DNA of 51,695 bases from positions 1 through 51,695 of the IMG/VR virus record IMGVR_UViG_3300038321_000080; one strand, given 5' to 3'. A model generated the notes under the pieces. The model made no database searches. It was not told where the DNA came from and saw only the letters and a list, made by a program, of their open reading frames with translations. A program made the translations under genes and the position numbers. The stretch comes from a virus. Lineage: Duplodnaviria; Caudoviricetes. Within the stretch, counting starts at the first letter, position 1, and every line of letters starts with the position of its first letter. Shown here piece by piece: positions 35,919-46,293 of the stretch.

Positions 35919-37034
35919 TTAGATTTGGATTACACGTCTAGCACTGTGTTGCATTTTTCCTCCTGCTTTTAAATCTATCTGCCAAGAAGTTTCTATATAT
36001 TTATTACTTATTCCTAATCCTGTATGTTCACAAAATAGGCTGTCCATGTACGAATGATGAGGCATTATAGCAGTTTCAAATATAAATTTGGTATAAACTT
36101 GGCTTGCTTCATAGGCTATCCTTCGCACATATTCATCAAGGGTTTTCTGGTCCAATATGTCATTTTCTTCCCTGTGGTCAACTATATTTCGTTTCCCTTT
36201 TCTTCCTACTGTACTTGTGGGACTTCCAGCATTGTCATTTGTGTATCGGCTTACTAGAGGCTCCGTCTCGGGATTGGTAGCTACTACAACCCATTTATTG
36301 GGTATGTTAAATAAATCCATTTCCTCTATAGCGGTTTCAGGAAGAATTATACTCATATCATCATTTCTATACTCATATTCTATTGCTCTATAAGTAGGTA
36401 AAATATAAGGCTTAGAGGTAAAACATCCTGTTTCGTCTACCCAAATGCTCGTGTAGTTTATCTCTTTTAATAATTCATTTACGGCTTCTAGCCTAGAAGT
36501 GCCTATTTCAAATTCTTTATCAGTTTTAATGCTCCCCACTACAGGAGAAATGTTAATCTTCCATATTCCCGCTTCATTTATTATTCGCGTAACTGCTTCA
36601 ACATAATTCGTTCCTGCAGGAATTCTATACCTATCATCAAATTTATCTTCTAGCAGAATAAGAGAGGTATCATAGCATTCTACTTCTCTGTATATAGCAT
36701 TGTTTTTTACGTTTCGCCTTGGAGAAGAAATTAAGAATACTCCCAAGGACCATTCTAGCCACTCATTCCCCATTTTCAACATAAAGAAAGGCTGAACTCT
36801 ATCATTCAGCCAATCCACTTCCTTAAGTTCATTTTCTCTAAAATTAAAGGAACCTGTTCTTTTTATTTGCGCTAAACTATTTAACCCTAGCCTACCTTTA
36901 GGTACAGGTGTTAATTCGCCTATTTTTATTTCATTATAATTTAATATGTCATATCTAAATTTTACTTCTCTGCTATCATCTTTCATGTGTAGTTTATTTA
37001 TTACATTTTTATCTAGTTTAATCATAATAATCAC
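35919..37034 (-). CDS. Tail hub (Tal-like) protein
   Basis: Position and size after the Dit-like gene. Confidence 0.65.
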   Translation of the reverse strand: MIIMIKLDKNVINKLHMKDDSREVKFRYDILNYNEIKIGELTPVPKGRLGLNSLAQIKRTGSFNFRENELKEVDWLNDRVQPFFMLKMGNEWLEWSLGVFLISSPRRNVKNNAIYREVECYDTSLILLEDKFDDRYRIPAGTNYVEAVTRIINEAGIWKINISPVVGSIKTDKEFEIGTSRLEAVNELLKEINYTSIWVDETGCFTSKPYILPTYRAIEYEYRNDDMSIILPETAIEEMDLFNIPNKWVVVATNPETEPLVSRYTNDNAGSPTSTVGRKGKRNIVDHREENDILDQKTLDEYVRRIAYEASQVYTKFIFETAIMPHHSYMDSLFCEHTGLGISNKYIETSWQIDLKAGGKMQHSARRVIQI

Positions 37035-38967
37035 TCGTTTTAGTTATTGTAAAATCTACGTTATAGCCAAACATAGCCTTTTCATAGTCGATGCTTAAAA
37101 TAGTTCCATATATATTTTCTCCTTCTATATCTCTATAAAGTAAAGTTTGTTTTTTATCAATTAAATCTATTAAGTCGTCTAATTCTTTTTTTGTCCTGGA
37201 TGAAAATGATAAGGTCTTACTGTACTCTTTAAATTCTGTAAACTCTGTTGCGGGATATTCTCTACCATCAAAGTATACTAAACTTCCTATGTTTCCTATT
37301 CTATTTACTTTCTTCGGTGCGTCATTAAACCTATATCTAAGTTTTATAAATTCTCCTGGATTATCTGCTAAAGCTAAAGTATTATCTTTAAATCTACACT
37401 TGCCCGTCTTAATATCACTATCGGAAAAATTATCGTTTTTGTCTATGGCTCTAATGAAATATCTATATTCTCTATTATTTTCTCCTGTATAGTCTATAAA
37501 GCAATTGTCTGTTAACTCTCCTATACATTTATTGTCCCTATATACTAACGTTTTAAGGGTTGTATTATCTGTTTTGATAGTAACACTATGCTCTTCATTA
37601 TAAACTGCTATAACGGGCTTAACAGGCTTTGCGGTTTCTATTATAAACATAAATTCTGCAAAAGGAGAAGTTAGACTGTATTCATTTGTTACTCTTAATT
37701 TTGCTATATATTCTCCATCTTCCAAATAATCCTCTATTCTATAGCTCCTATCCGTTGATGGTATAGTTCCTGTTTCAAATATTATTTTATCGTCTTTAAG
37801 TATTTGCAATTCGTATATTTGCTGTTCTACGCTGTTCCAACTTATTAAAGGTCTTGCACAATTTGTTACATCTGTTATTTGCGGAATCGGTGGACTATTT
37901 ATAACATAAAAGCTTCCTACTTCGCTGTATGGGCTTACATCTCCATAAGCGTTGTAAGTTCGTACTCTCCAATATACATTACCACTTTTAAATGTATCTC
38001 CTGATATAGTATGTTGCTCGTTCGTGCTTGTTTTTGTTATAGTTGTCCATGTGGAGCCTTGGTTTAAACTGTATTGTAAGTCGTATTTATTCTGTTTATC
38101 TTCTGCTGTTCCGCCTAAGAAGTTCCATTTAAAGATTATTTCCTTAGAACCATCTAAATATCCACTTATAGGAGATGACAGAATCGGAGCCTTTTGGGGT
38201 ATTACTTCTGTGCTAAATTTGCCATTAGCATAATTAGATTCTAAACCATTTCCGTCTATTGTTTTTACTCTCCACATTATTTGGCCTGTAAGTGGTAATG
38301 TATTCGCAGGTAAGTCGTAGTATTGGTTAGCTGTTGTTTGTGTTACAGTAGTCCATGTACTTCCTCCATCTTTGCTATATTGTAACGTAAATCCCTTTTG
38401 TTTTAATCCTTCTTTACTTCTATGAACCCAGCTAAATCTTATTACGTTTCTTGCATTTACTGTCGTGTTGTATGGATATAAGCTTGTTGGCACACTCGGA
38501 GGTGTATCTTCATAGGTTACTACTGCATAAGGCTTGTTTGCGCCTAAATGCGAGTCTATTTCTGCATGAGTAGCACGAGTACAACCTCCATAGTCTTGAA
38601 GTTGCTCTATTGTTAGATAGTCATCACCTTCAACTTCTATTGTGTTCCATCCTGAGCTTAAATCAAAACTTCGGTCATTTGCGTCAAGAGGTATAGAATA
38701 TGAATATCTCGAATACACATAATATTTTATCTTTTTTATTGTTTTCCCGCTTGGGATATCTTTTGTATCGCATTTAAAATAAGCTCTATTTTTAAATAAT
38801 AAAACAGAACCCCCAGAATAAATTGGAGGGCTATATCCATTGCTGATATACACTTTATCCGATAATTGAGAAGGAATAAAATAATCGTTACTTCCACAAC
38901 CAGTCCATATTCTTTCCCCTGGATAAGTTTCTGCAATTACTGGTACCGTCTTTTCGTAACTAGCCAT
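37018..38967 (-). CDS. Minor tail protein with Fn3-like repeats and a Dit-like C-terminus
   Basis: Repeated LQYS..G.TWTT...WRV.T units; follows the tape measure. Confidence 0.7.
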   Translation of the reverse strand: MASYEKTVPVIAETYPGERIWTGCGSNDYFIPSQLSDKVYISNGYSPPIYSGGSVLLFKNRAYFKCDTKDIPSGKTIKKIKYYVYSRYSYSIPLDANDRSFDLSSGWNTIEVEGDDYLTIEQLQDYGGCTRATHAEIDSHLGANKPYAVVTYEDTPPSVPTSLYPYNTTVNARNVIRFSWVHRSKEGLKQKGFTLQYSKDGGSTWTTVTQTTANQYYDLPANTLPLTGQIMWRVKTIDGNGLESNYANGKFSTEVIPQKAPILSSPISGYLDGSKEIIFKWNFLGGTAEDKQNKYDLQYSLNQGSTWTTITKTSTNEQHTISGDTFKSGNVYWRVRTYNAYGDVSPYSEVGSFYVINSPPIPQITDVTNCARPLISWNSVEQQIYELQILKDDKIIFETGTIPSTDRSYRIEDYLEDGEYIAKLRVTNEYSLTSPFAEFMFIIETAKPVKPVIAVYNEEHSVTIKTDNTTLKTLVYRDNKCIGELTDNCFIDYTGENNREYRYFIRAIDKNDNFSDSDIKTGKCRFKDNTLALADNPGEFIKLRYRFNDAPKKVNRIGNIGSLVYFDGREYPATEFTEFKEYSKTLSFSSRTKKELDDLIDLIDKKQTLLYRDIEGENIYGTILSIDYEKAMFGYNVDFTITKTSDYYD

Positions 38968-41028
38968 TTATACAACACCTGCCCTTTTAGCTTGTTTAAA
39001 TTGTTCAAATACATTAACTAGCTTATATACTTCGTCAACTTCATCCATGTCGACTTGGAGTATATAAGTATCTCCACCGCCTTTTCCTCCATTAAGAGGA
39101 TTTTCTTCTGCTGTTTGAACCCTTTCCCCTCTATGAAGTTCAGCTATATATCCATCATAAGGCACGTAATCGAGCCCCGACTTGTGGCTTCCGTTAATAT
39201 ACCTTCTGCTTACGTTATTGCCTCTGCTACTCGCCCCCGAGATACTGTTTGCTATGTTTCCCATATCATTCAATTCACTATTAACTTGTTCTGTCTTTCC
39301 TAGAAAAATATTTATCTTATCTATCAAATATCCAAGTGCTAAAGCTACTCCTGCAATTATTAAAGCCCATTTTGCAAAGCCAAAGAACTTACTATCATTA
39401 GCAGTTTGGTTAAAAATTTTTCCTGCTCCTGTTGCTATGTCTACGCCTCCTTTTACTAGCTTTAATCCTTCGTTTATGTTAGATATAGCCTTAAATATGT
39501 TGCCTAAGAAAATTAAAACAGGTCCTATTGCTGCTACAATTCCACCGACTATGACTATAAATTTTTTGGTTCCTTTATTTAATTCTGAAAATTTTTGTAT
39601 CATGTTATTTACACCTTTTAAAACAGGAGTAAATATAGGCAATATTTCTTCTGAAAAGCTTGTGCCTAATTCTTCTAAACTTTCTTTAAATAGTATTAAC
39701 TGAGCTGTAGCACTATCTTGTTCCCTTTTAAACTGCCCATGAGATTGAGTAGTTTTTTCTATTACATAGTTATATCTTAATTGAACTTTTTCGGCTTCTG
39801 ACATTTCTTGAACTGATTTTTTTATTCCCTTTTGATATGCAAATTGTTGTAAATTAGCCTGTGTCATATATATCTGGAATTTCTTTAAAGGTTCAGTTTG
39901 TCCGCTTAGTATAGCCGTTAACGCTCTATTAGTTTCGTCTAAAGATGTATTGTAAAATGCCGACATATCCGTTGTTAGAGAGGTTAATTTCTTACTCCAT
40001 TCGGTAGACTTTTTGACATCTATACCTAATTGATTAAATCCTGCTGCAAAGTCCGACACCATTTCTAAAGCTGTAACTCTAGAAAGTCCAAATTCTTTTA
40101 ACGCAGTTTTAGACCAAGCTTCAATCTCTCTTGTGTTTCTACCGAAAACAACTTCTGCCTTTCCAAAAGCATCCTCGAAGTCAGCTCCTAGCTTAAAGCT
40201 TGCTGCGGCGGCTCCTAAAATTGGTGCAGTTACTTTCAACGTCATGCTCTTGCCTATATCTGTCATTTTAGTCCCAATTTTATCCCATTCATCAGCTGTT
40301 TTTCCTAGAGTTGATTTCTGTTTTTCTAATTCTTGAGTAACTCTATCTAGTTCTACTTTAGTTTCTGCTAGTTGACTTTCAGCCTCAGCCAATCCTAATG
40401 TATTATCTTTTACAGCCTGTTCGTTTTGCGTTTCTGCCTGTGTAGCTTCTTTTAACTTTTCTCTGTACATTTTCACTTGCTGCTCTTGTATCTTTATGTT
40501 TTCAGTTAAAAATTCATGTTCGGTTTTTAATCCCTTTACGGCATCACCGCTTAATTCGGTCTCTGCTCTAGCTTTTTTAAATTGTTCATCATTTAATTTT
40601 AATTGATATTCTAAGTCCTTCCATTCCTCAGAGTTTTTGTCTACCACGCTTTGCTGATATTCCATTTCCTTAGTTACTGTTGTCAGCGCTGTTTTCATTC
40701 TTGCCAATTCTGCTTCTTGTTTTCTAAGTTCTACTGTATTGTTTTCAATCGACTTAGCACTTTCCCCTTGTCCTCTTTTAGCTGTTTCTAATTTTTTTCT
40801 ATATTCTTCGATTGCTGTCTCATTTATCTTTATACGTTCAGTTAGATAGTCGTATCTTGCCCCTAGAGTTTCCAAGGGCTTACCTGTCGCTTTAGCCTCT
40901 TCGTATGTTTTTTTAAACTCTGCATTAAGTATTGTCATCTGCTTTTTTACTCGTGGTATACCGTCTTTTACTGATTGCCAGTCAAAATCAAGTCGAATCT
41001 GTCTTTTATAGCCTTTAAAATCTGCCAT
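38968..41028 (-). CDS. Tape measure protein
   Basis: Long coiled coil, TM-rich C-terminal half, position after chaperones. Confidence 0.92.
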   Translation of the reverse strand: MADFKGYKRQIRLDFDWQSVKDGIPRVKKQMTILNAEFKKTYEEAKATGKPLETLGARYDYLTERIKINETAIEEYRKKLETAKRGQGESAKSIENNTVELRKQEAELARMKTALTTVTKEMEYQQSVVDKNSEEWKDLEYQLKLNDEQFKKARAETELSGDAVKGLKTEHEFLTENIKIQEQQVKMYREKLKEATQAETQNEQAVKDNTLGLAEAESQLAETKVELDRVTQELEKQKSTLGKTADEWDKIGTKMTDIGKSMTLKVTAPILGAAAASFKLGADFEDAFGKAEVVFGRNTREIEAWSKTALKEFGLSRVTALEMVSDFAAGFNQLGIDVKKSTEWSKKLTSLTTDMSAFYNTSLDETNRALTAILSGQTEPLKKFQIYMTQANLQQFAYQKGIKKSVQEMSEAEKVQLRYNYVIEKTTQSHGQFKREQDSATAQLILFKESLEELGTSFSEEILPIFTPVLKGVNNMIQKFSELNKGTKKFIVIVGGIVAAIGPVLIFLGNIFKAISNINEGLKLVKGGVDIATGAGKIFNQTANDSKFFGFAKWALIIAGVALALGYLIDKINIFLGKTEQVNSELNDMGNIANSISGASSRGNNVSRRYINGSHKSGLDYVPYDGYIAELHRGERVQTAEENPLNGGKGGGDTYILQVDMDEVDEVYKLVNVFEQFKQAKRAGVV

Positions 41029-41039
41029 GTTTCACCACC

Positions 41040-41596
41040 TTACTTTAAAAAGTCTCTCATTGAATATACCGTTCTCGCTTCGGGTTTTCTTTTTATCCCA
41101 TTAATAGCCATTTCCAGTATTCTTATTGTTTTGGCTGTAGTATTCCTAAAAAATTCTTCTTCACTTCTGCCTAATTTAATGCAGTAAGCAAAATAAAGAG
41201 TTTCCCAAAATACATTGTCTATTCCATAAGCTTCTTGTTGATTTTCTCTACTTCCTTCATGAACTTTTTTTTTGAATCTTCATCGGCAGTAGTCATAAAA
41301 TTATCTATTAATAAGTTTGTTATAGCCTCCATAAGCCCACTTCCGCCACCGACAAGAATAGCTCTAGCCTCTTCTAAGGTGACTGTTTTATCCATCACTT
41401 TCATTCCTGAATACAATATTTTAGCCGTAAAATCATAGGGCTTCTTTTTTAATTCTTTTTCAATAGATTTATCTATAGATCCAAATTCTTCGGTATAAAT
41501 AATAAAAGCTTCGTTGTTAAACAAAGCTTCTTTAATCGTTCCATCTGCAAATTCCATTTCCAAAGGTTCTATTGGTTTAATTGATACTCTTGCCAT
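41040..41596 (-). CDS. Tail assembly chaperone G (41219..41596) and -1 frameshift extension GT (to 41040)
   Basis: Slippery A AAA AAA AAG at 41273..41264; -1 frame is open to TAA at 41040 (..FWETLYFAYCIKLGRSEEEFF..). Confidence 0.88.
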
Positions 41597-41644
41597 AATT
41601 TCACCTCAATTTTGTAAATAAAAAAGCACCCAATTTAATGAGTG

Positions 41645-42082
41645 CTAATCCAAGCTTACGTTCAGATAAGTTAAAAAATCGTCAAAATTATTTATCTTAT
41701 CCCATTCTATTTTATTTATATCTTTAAATTTTACATCGTAAAACTGAAAATCATCTTTATTGCCCTTATAATACGTTCTTACACTTAAGAGATTAACAAT
41801 ATCATACTCGCCAATAGGCGATAGTAAGGGTAATGCATCTTTTGTTAAATTAAATAATTCTTCTTCATTTTCTAAGTTGTATATCTTGACAATAATTCTA
41901 TTCGATCCTTTGGAGTAATCAGCTCTAGTGTTAAAAGCTTCTTCCGTTGCCTCTACAACTGCATTAATTGCCTTGTTTATCGTATGCTTATTGTAGGCAT
42001 TTAATATAATTGCTAAAGCTCCACATACGATAATGATAGCAACTAACATTTTAAACACTTTATCACTTGTTTTTGTTTTCAT
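41645..42082 (-). CDS. Moron: N-terminally anchored membrane protein
   Basis: TM helix; own -10 TATAAT at 42106-42111; downstream terminator; interrupts the tail operon. Confidence 0.75.
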   Translation of the reverse strand: MKTKTSDKVFKMLVAIIIVCGALAIILNAYNKHTINKAINAVVEATEEAFNTRADYSKGSNRIIVKIYNLENEEELFNLTKDALPLLSPIGEYDIVNLLSVRTYYKGNKDDFQFYDVKFKDINKIEWDKINNFDDFLTYLNVSLD

Positions 42083-42141
42083 ATGTACCCCCTCCTTTTA
42101 CTAACATTATACAATATCATAAAAGAAAGGGGTACATTGTT

Positions 42142-42738
42142 TTAACCTTCTGGTGGAATTGGTGGTGCGGATATGGCATCTGTCGTTTGTACTTGTTTAA
42201 AGAAGTTCTCTACCATTTCAGGCTTAATTTCTTCATCTTCTGTATCTATGAATGTGTAGAATCTATCTAAACTATCATGTTCTAATGCCGTTATTGTAAC
42301 ACTATCAGTAGAATAGTTTGTACTATCTTCTGACTGTCTAACAGTTTCTTGTATAGGTTCAGCCTTACAATATAAGAACCATATTAACTCTCTTTTACCT
42401 CCTGTTTTTTCTACTGCCCAACCTATAGCAAAAGGCTTAGGTTCATCTTTAGATGTTCCACTTTCTACTCCATTATTTACTTTGGTTCCTTCCATGTATC
42501 TTCGCCATTTTGAGGGCAATTTGTTTTGATTGATTGTTATTTGATAAGAATTTTTCCTTGAAATAGAATGTCTTACCTTTCCATCACCATAAAGTTGTCC
42601 TGTGGATAGCTGTGGTGTTCTGCCGATTTCCATCGCTCCTGGTATATATTCAGGCACACCGAATATCAATGCCCCATCAGGGGATTCGGTTATTTCTGCT
42701 AAATGCACATCCTCTACGTTTATTTTAACTTCGGACAT
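42142..42738 (-). CDS. Major tail protein (phi13-like)
   Basis: IPGAMEI...LYGDG...PKPFAIGW; position. Confidence 0.88.
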   Translation of the reverse strand: MSEVKINVEDVHLAEITESPDGALIFGVPEYIPGAMEIGRTPQLSTGQLYGDGKVRHSISRKNSYQITINQNKLPSKWRRYMEGTKVNNGVESGTSKDEPKPFAIGWAVEKTGGKRELIWFLYCKAEPIQETVRQSEDSTNYSTDSVTITALEHDSLDRFYTFIDTEDEEIKPEMVENFFKQVQTTDAISAPPIPPEG

Positions 42739-43084
42739 TATTTAATACCTCCCTTTCTGTATAATTGAATATTAAAATCTTATGATAGTATTGAACACTA
42801 CTCATACCATCGTCACTATCATCACTACCAGCAAATCTAAACTTATTTGCTTTCATTAGAGTTTTAATTTGTTTTACTATGTTGGTATAATCTGTAGTAG
42901 AAAATACATCTATTTGCACGCTTCCGCTGGTTTCTTTTCCTTCTCCATCGCCGTATAATTCATCGCCTTCACCAAAAAAGTGATAGCTTATTCCAATTTT
43001 GGAGCTACCACTTATATCAGGTCTTTGAATGTATTTAATTGGTATTTTTAGAGGTTTTAACGTATCACGTACTTTTTGAATCAT
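42725..43084 (-). CDS. Tail completion/terminator protein
   Basis: VQIDVFS motif; position. Confidence 0.75.
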   Translation of the reverse strand: MIQKVRDTLKPLKIPIKYIQRPDISGSSKIGISYHFFGEGDELYGDGEGKETSGSVQIDVFSTTDYTNIVKQIKTLMKANKFRFAGSDDSDDGMSSVQYYHKILIFNYTEREVLNNVRS

Positions 43085-43088
43085 TTAA

Positions 43089-43475
43089 TCACCTCAAAAT
43101 CCTATCCCATAATTTATCCATTGTTCCGTCTAATCTCGCCAACGCTCCATTCATGAAATGGATCCCAAATGTGTGGAGAGTCCCGTCATTTACTAAATGC
43201 CATAAGGTTCCTGTCTTTTTACCTCCACGTACACTAACGTATTTTTCCCCATATTTATTGGTTTTTGTAGACTTTTTCACATCATCAGCCATTGCAACCC
43301 TATATCTTTTTTCTAAACTTCTTCTGTGCATATTTAAATTTTCTTCAACGTACTTTTTTAATTCATCTCCTGCCTCATCTAATATTTGTTTTTCTGTTTT
43401 CTCTGAATCTTTTTCTATTTCGGTTAAATAAAGTTGTAGAGAATCATCATTTTCAAAAGTTATGTTAAATCCCAT
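43089..43475 (-). CDS. HK97 gp10-like protein
   Basis: WHLVNDGT...HFM; position. Confidence 0.8.
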   Translation of the reverse strand: MGFNITFENDDSLQLYLTEIEKDSEKTEKQILDEAGDELKKYVEENLNMHRRSLEKRYRVAMADDVKKSTKTNKYGEKYVSVRGGKKTGTLWHLVNDGTLHTFGIHFMNGALARLDGTMDKLWDRILR

Positions 43476-43519
43476 TTAATCACCTCAATTTAGGCATAAA
43501 AATAACACTCATTGAGTGT

Positions 43520-44203
43520 TTATGCTATTTCTTTTAAATATTTTTGGTTTAATATTCCCTTTATCTCTTTATAGCCCATGCCTAAGTTTATAAGTCCTGT
43601 TACAGTATTTTCTAATGCTTGTATCTCTTTTAATTCATCGGCGTTAAAATGTTCTCTTAGATTATCTTTCTTTGACAGTCCTCTTTCTGCCCTTAGTTCT
43701 GATACTGTTTTATTAAATAGAATTTTATATATTAATTTAGTATAGTTAGGATACATAAAATGTTTATTAGGGCTATCTGGTATTCTTTCTTTTATAGTAT
43801 CTGTTAGCATATTTCTTACAACCTTTCCCGCTTCCCGTTGTATAATTCTTTTTTGTTCTTGAGTTTTTATTTCTCTATATCTTTTTTCTACTTCTATAAA
43901 ATATCTTCTTACTTGCTTACCTCTTTCATTGTTTTCCACCATTGCTACTTCTTTAGCCATATCTAACTTTAAAATATAATCATGTTTTATTACATTTTGA
44001 CGTTCCCCCGTTTTGGTGAGCGTTACTGCATAGTCATAATTCTCGATAAAATCATATTTATTAATTTTATCCTTTATCCATGTAGTAAAATCTCGTCCTA
44101 CCTCTAAAAATTCATGTAATTCTCTAGCATCAACTAATCTTTCTTGTTTCTCGTTTTGATATACAGGTATTAATTCATTTTCAAATATAGTTAAATCTTT
44201 CAT
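43520..44203 (-). CDS. AntA/AntB-domain antirepressor moron
   Basis: VDARELHEFLEVGRDFTTWIK...LDMAKE..M.E.NERGKQVRRYFIEVEK. Confidence 0.9.
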   Translation of the reverse strand: MKDLTIFENELIPVYQNEKQERLVDARELHEFLEVGRDFTTWIKDKINKYDFIENYDYAVTLTKTGERQNVIKHDYILKLDMAKEVAMVENNERGKQVRRYFIEVEKRYREIKTQEQKRIIQREAGKVVRNMLTDTIKERIPDSPNKHFMYPNYTKLIYKILFNKTVSELRAERGLSKKDNLREHFNADELKEIQALENTVTGLINLGMGYKEIKGILNQKYLKEIA

Positions 44204-44333
44204 TTTGTTACCTCCTTAGGTTTGTTTTTTAACACTTAGGAGCTACAGGAGCATACCCTGCAATGAGTCCCTCCTAAGGAGTTTTTTGTATTAAAAAAAG
44301 ACCTTTTATGGTCTTGCTGTTAATTGTGTTGCG

Positions 44334-44669
44334 CTATCCATCATGCTTAATCTCATAAGCCTTGATAACTAAATACATACGATTATTATCCAGGGGTAAT
44401 ATCCCCTCGATATTAAAGAATCTATCTATGCCATTTTCGGTAAATTTAATTCTCATTTTTTCGTCTAAATCTTTCCTTCGTCTAATGATAAATTCTACAT
44501 CTGTTTTTACATTAGCAGCTCTTGCAGCGTAAAAGTTTTTACCTCTTAGGAATCTACTTTCAGCCCATACGCTAATGTAATCTTTATAATCGTCTAGGTC
44601 GTCAAATGGTCCATCAGATTCTACCTTGGTTTGAAAGGTTATTCTATCACTTAATCTTCCAGGGTTCAT
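44334..44669 (-). CDS. Head closure protein (SPP1 gp16-like)
   Basis: MNPGRLSDRITFQ...VWA; position. Confidence 0.88.
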   Translation of the reverse strand: MNPGRLSDRITFQTKVESDGPFDDLDDYKDYISVWAESRFLRGKNFYAARAANVKTDVEFIIRRRKDLDEKMRIKFTENGIDRFFNIEGILPLDNNRMYLVIKAYEIKHDG

Positions 44670-44953
44670 TCAATCACCCCTTCATCGTCATAGCCCAATT
44701 GAATTAACATCATAGATACTAATTCCCTTGTTTTTGTTCCTACTTTATCGGTTGTGGTTACTCTGTTTTCATACATATCTGCAACTAACATTAAGCATAC
44801 AGTTTTTGCAAGAAAATTTGTGTTGTCAAATGTTTTTCCAGTTCCGTTTTTTATAAATTTCTCACTTGCTTTAATTAGCCCTTCAATATAGGAATTTTCT
44901 TCATCTCCGTCTACCCTCAAATGTTGTTTTGCCTCTTCAATCGTAATCACCAT
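44666..44953 (-). CDS. Head-tail connector (HK97 gp6-like)
   Basis: IEEAKQHLRVD...MYENR. Confidence 0.9.
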   Translation of the reverse strand: MVITIEEAKQHLRVDGDEENSYIEGLIKASEKFIKNGTGKTFDNTNFLAKTVCLMLVADMYENRVTTTDKVGTKTRELVSMMLIQLGYDDEGVIE

Positions 44954-44995
44954 TTATACACCCCCAAAAGAGGAAAAGAGGGAATTACCCCTCTT

Positions 44996-46282
44996 TTAAA
45001 CCGTTGCTTTCTTTGTCAATAATACTACCCCTTGCTTGTCGCCCAACTTACCATCTGCTATAAGAGTAGATTTAGAAATCCATTCATCAGTATCTTCATC
45101 AAAGTATCTCTTATATGTCATTTGCAAGTTAGAGTTTACTATATAATCTTTTAGATCACATATAATGCCCCATGCCTTTCCAGATTCAGCTGCATCTACC
45201 GTTGGTAAGTATCCTTCTACAAGTATTACGTCATATCCTAATAACTTTCTAGTTATAGCTCCATCAATGCCATAATTCACTCTGCCTACAGGCTGTCCAT
45301 TAACATCCGTCATGCCTAGAATGTATTTATCCCAGTCAACCTTAGTCATAATAATAGCCACTCTACTCTCAAATGCTAAAGGTATGTGGCTTATTATTTC
45401 TGTCCAAGTATTAAATTTTCCTGCATCTTCTGCTTTTACTTCTACCTTTTCAGTTACTTCTGTATCATTTACAATCCCTAAAGGCTGTCCAGAACCGCTA
45501 CCATTTATGATAGACTGTTCTAAAGCCATAATCATAGCTTCGTATATATTATCTGTTATGGTTTGTTCAAATATCGACATAGATACTGTATCGGCTATTA
45601 AATCTACTGCTACTCTACATTGTAATTTATGATATTTAAAGTTTACACTGCCATTCACGACTTTCTTTTGCTTATCGCTCATTGCATTCCCAGATGTCCA
45701 TGTTGCGACTGGTTTTAGATTAGAAACCGGTATATCTAAACCACCTTTGAAACTGGTCTTAGTTACCCTATTCCATATCTGCCCATAGGTGTTCATCTTT
45801 TCGATAATTTTATTCATTATTGTAGTAGGTATAACTGCCCCTACATCACCTACACCAGTAGTTGTGTCTGCTCTAAATTCAAGTGCATCGGATCTCTCGT
45901 TTTTTGTAACATAATCCATGAAGGCACTTCTGTACTCAGGCGTACTGTATCTATCAGCAGACCTTTGTGTTTGCCCTTCTCCACCACCCAATCCATACGT
46001 TCCTAATATTTGAGCGCCATTTATAGGTTGCTGTATTTGCTGTTCCCTTTGCTCTCCTTCTTCGCCCTCTGTAGGCTCGTTTCCTTCGTCCCCTGCCTTT
46101 TCATCAGGTATAGAATTTATCATGTCTCTTATCTCTTCTATTTCTCCATTTAATACTTCTAGCTCAGAGTTAATACTTCTTAATTCTTCTATCTTGTCTG
46201 TTTCTTTTGCTTTTTTTCCTAGTTCTGCTTTTCTTTCTTGTTTTGCTTTTAATATTTTTTGTAACTTTTCTTTTAAAGTCAT
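44996..46282 (-). CDS. Major capsid protein, HK97 family
   Basis: N-terminal coiled delta domain, GAVIPT, NGSGSGQPLGI. Confidence 0.93.
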   Translation of the reverse strand: MTLKEKLQKILKAKQERKAELGKKAKETDKIEELRSINSELEVLNGEIEEIRDMINSIPDEKAGDEGNEPTEGEEGEQREQQIQQPINGAQILGTYGLGGGEGQTQRSADRYSTPEYRSAFMDYVTKNERSDALEFRADTTTGVGDVGAVIPTTIMNKIIEKMNTYGQIWNRVTKTSFKGGLDIPVSNLKPVATWTSGNAMSDKQKKVVNGSVNFKYHKLQCRVAVDLIADTVSMSIFEQTITDNIYEAMIMALEQSIINGSGSGQPLGIVNDTEVTEKVEVKAEDAGKFNTWTEIISHIPLAFESRVAIIMTKVDWDKYILGMTDVNGQPVGRVNYGIDGAITRKLLGYDVILVEGYLPTVDAAESGKAWGIICDLKDYIVNSNLQMTYKRYFDEDTDEWISKSTLIADGKLGDKQGVVLLTKKATV

Positions 46283-46293
46283 AAACTTTCACC

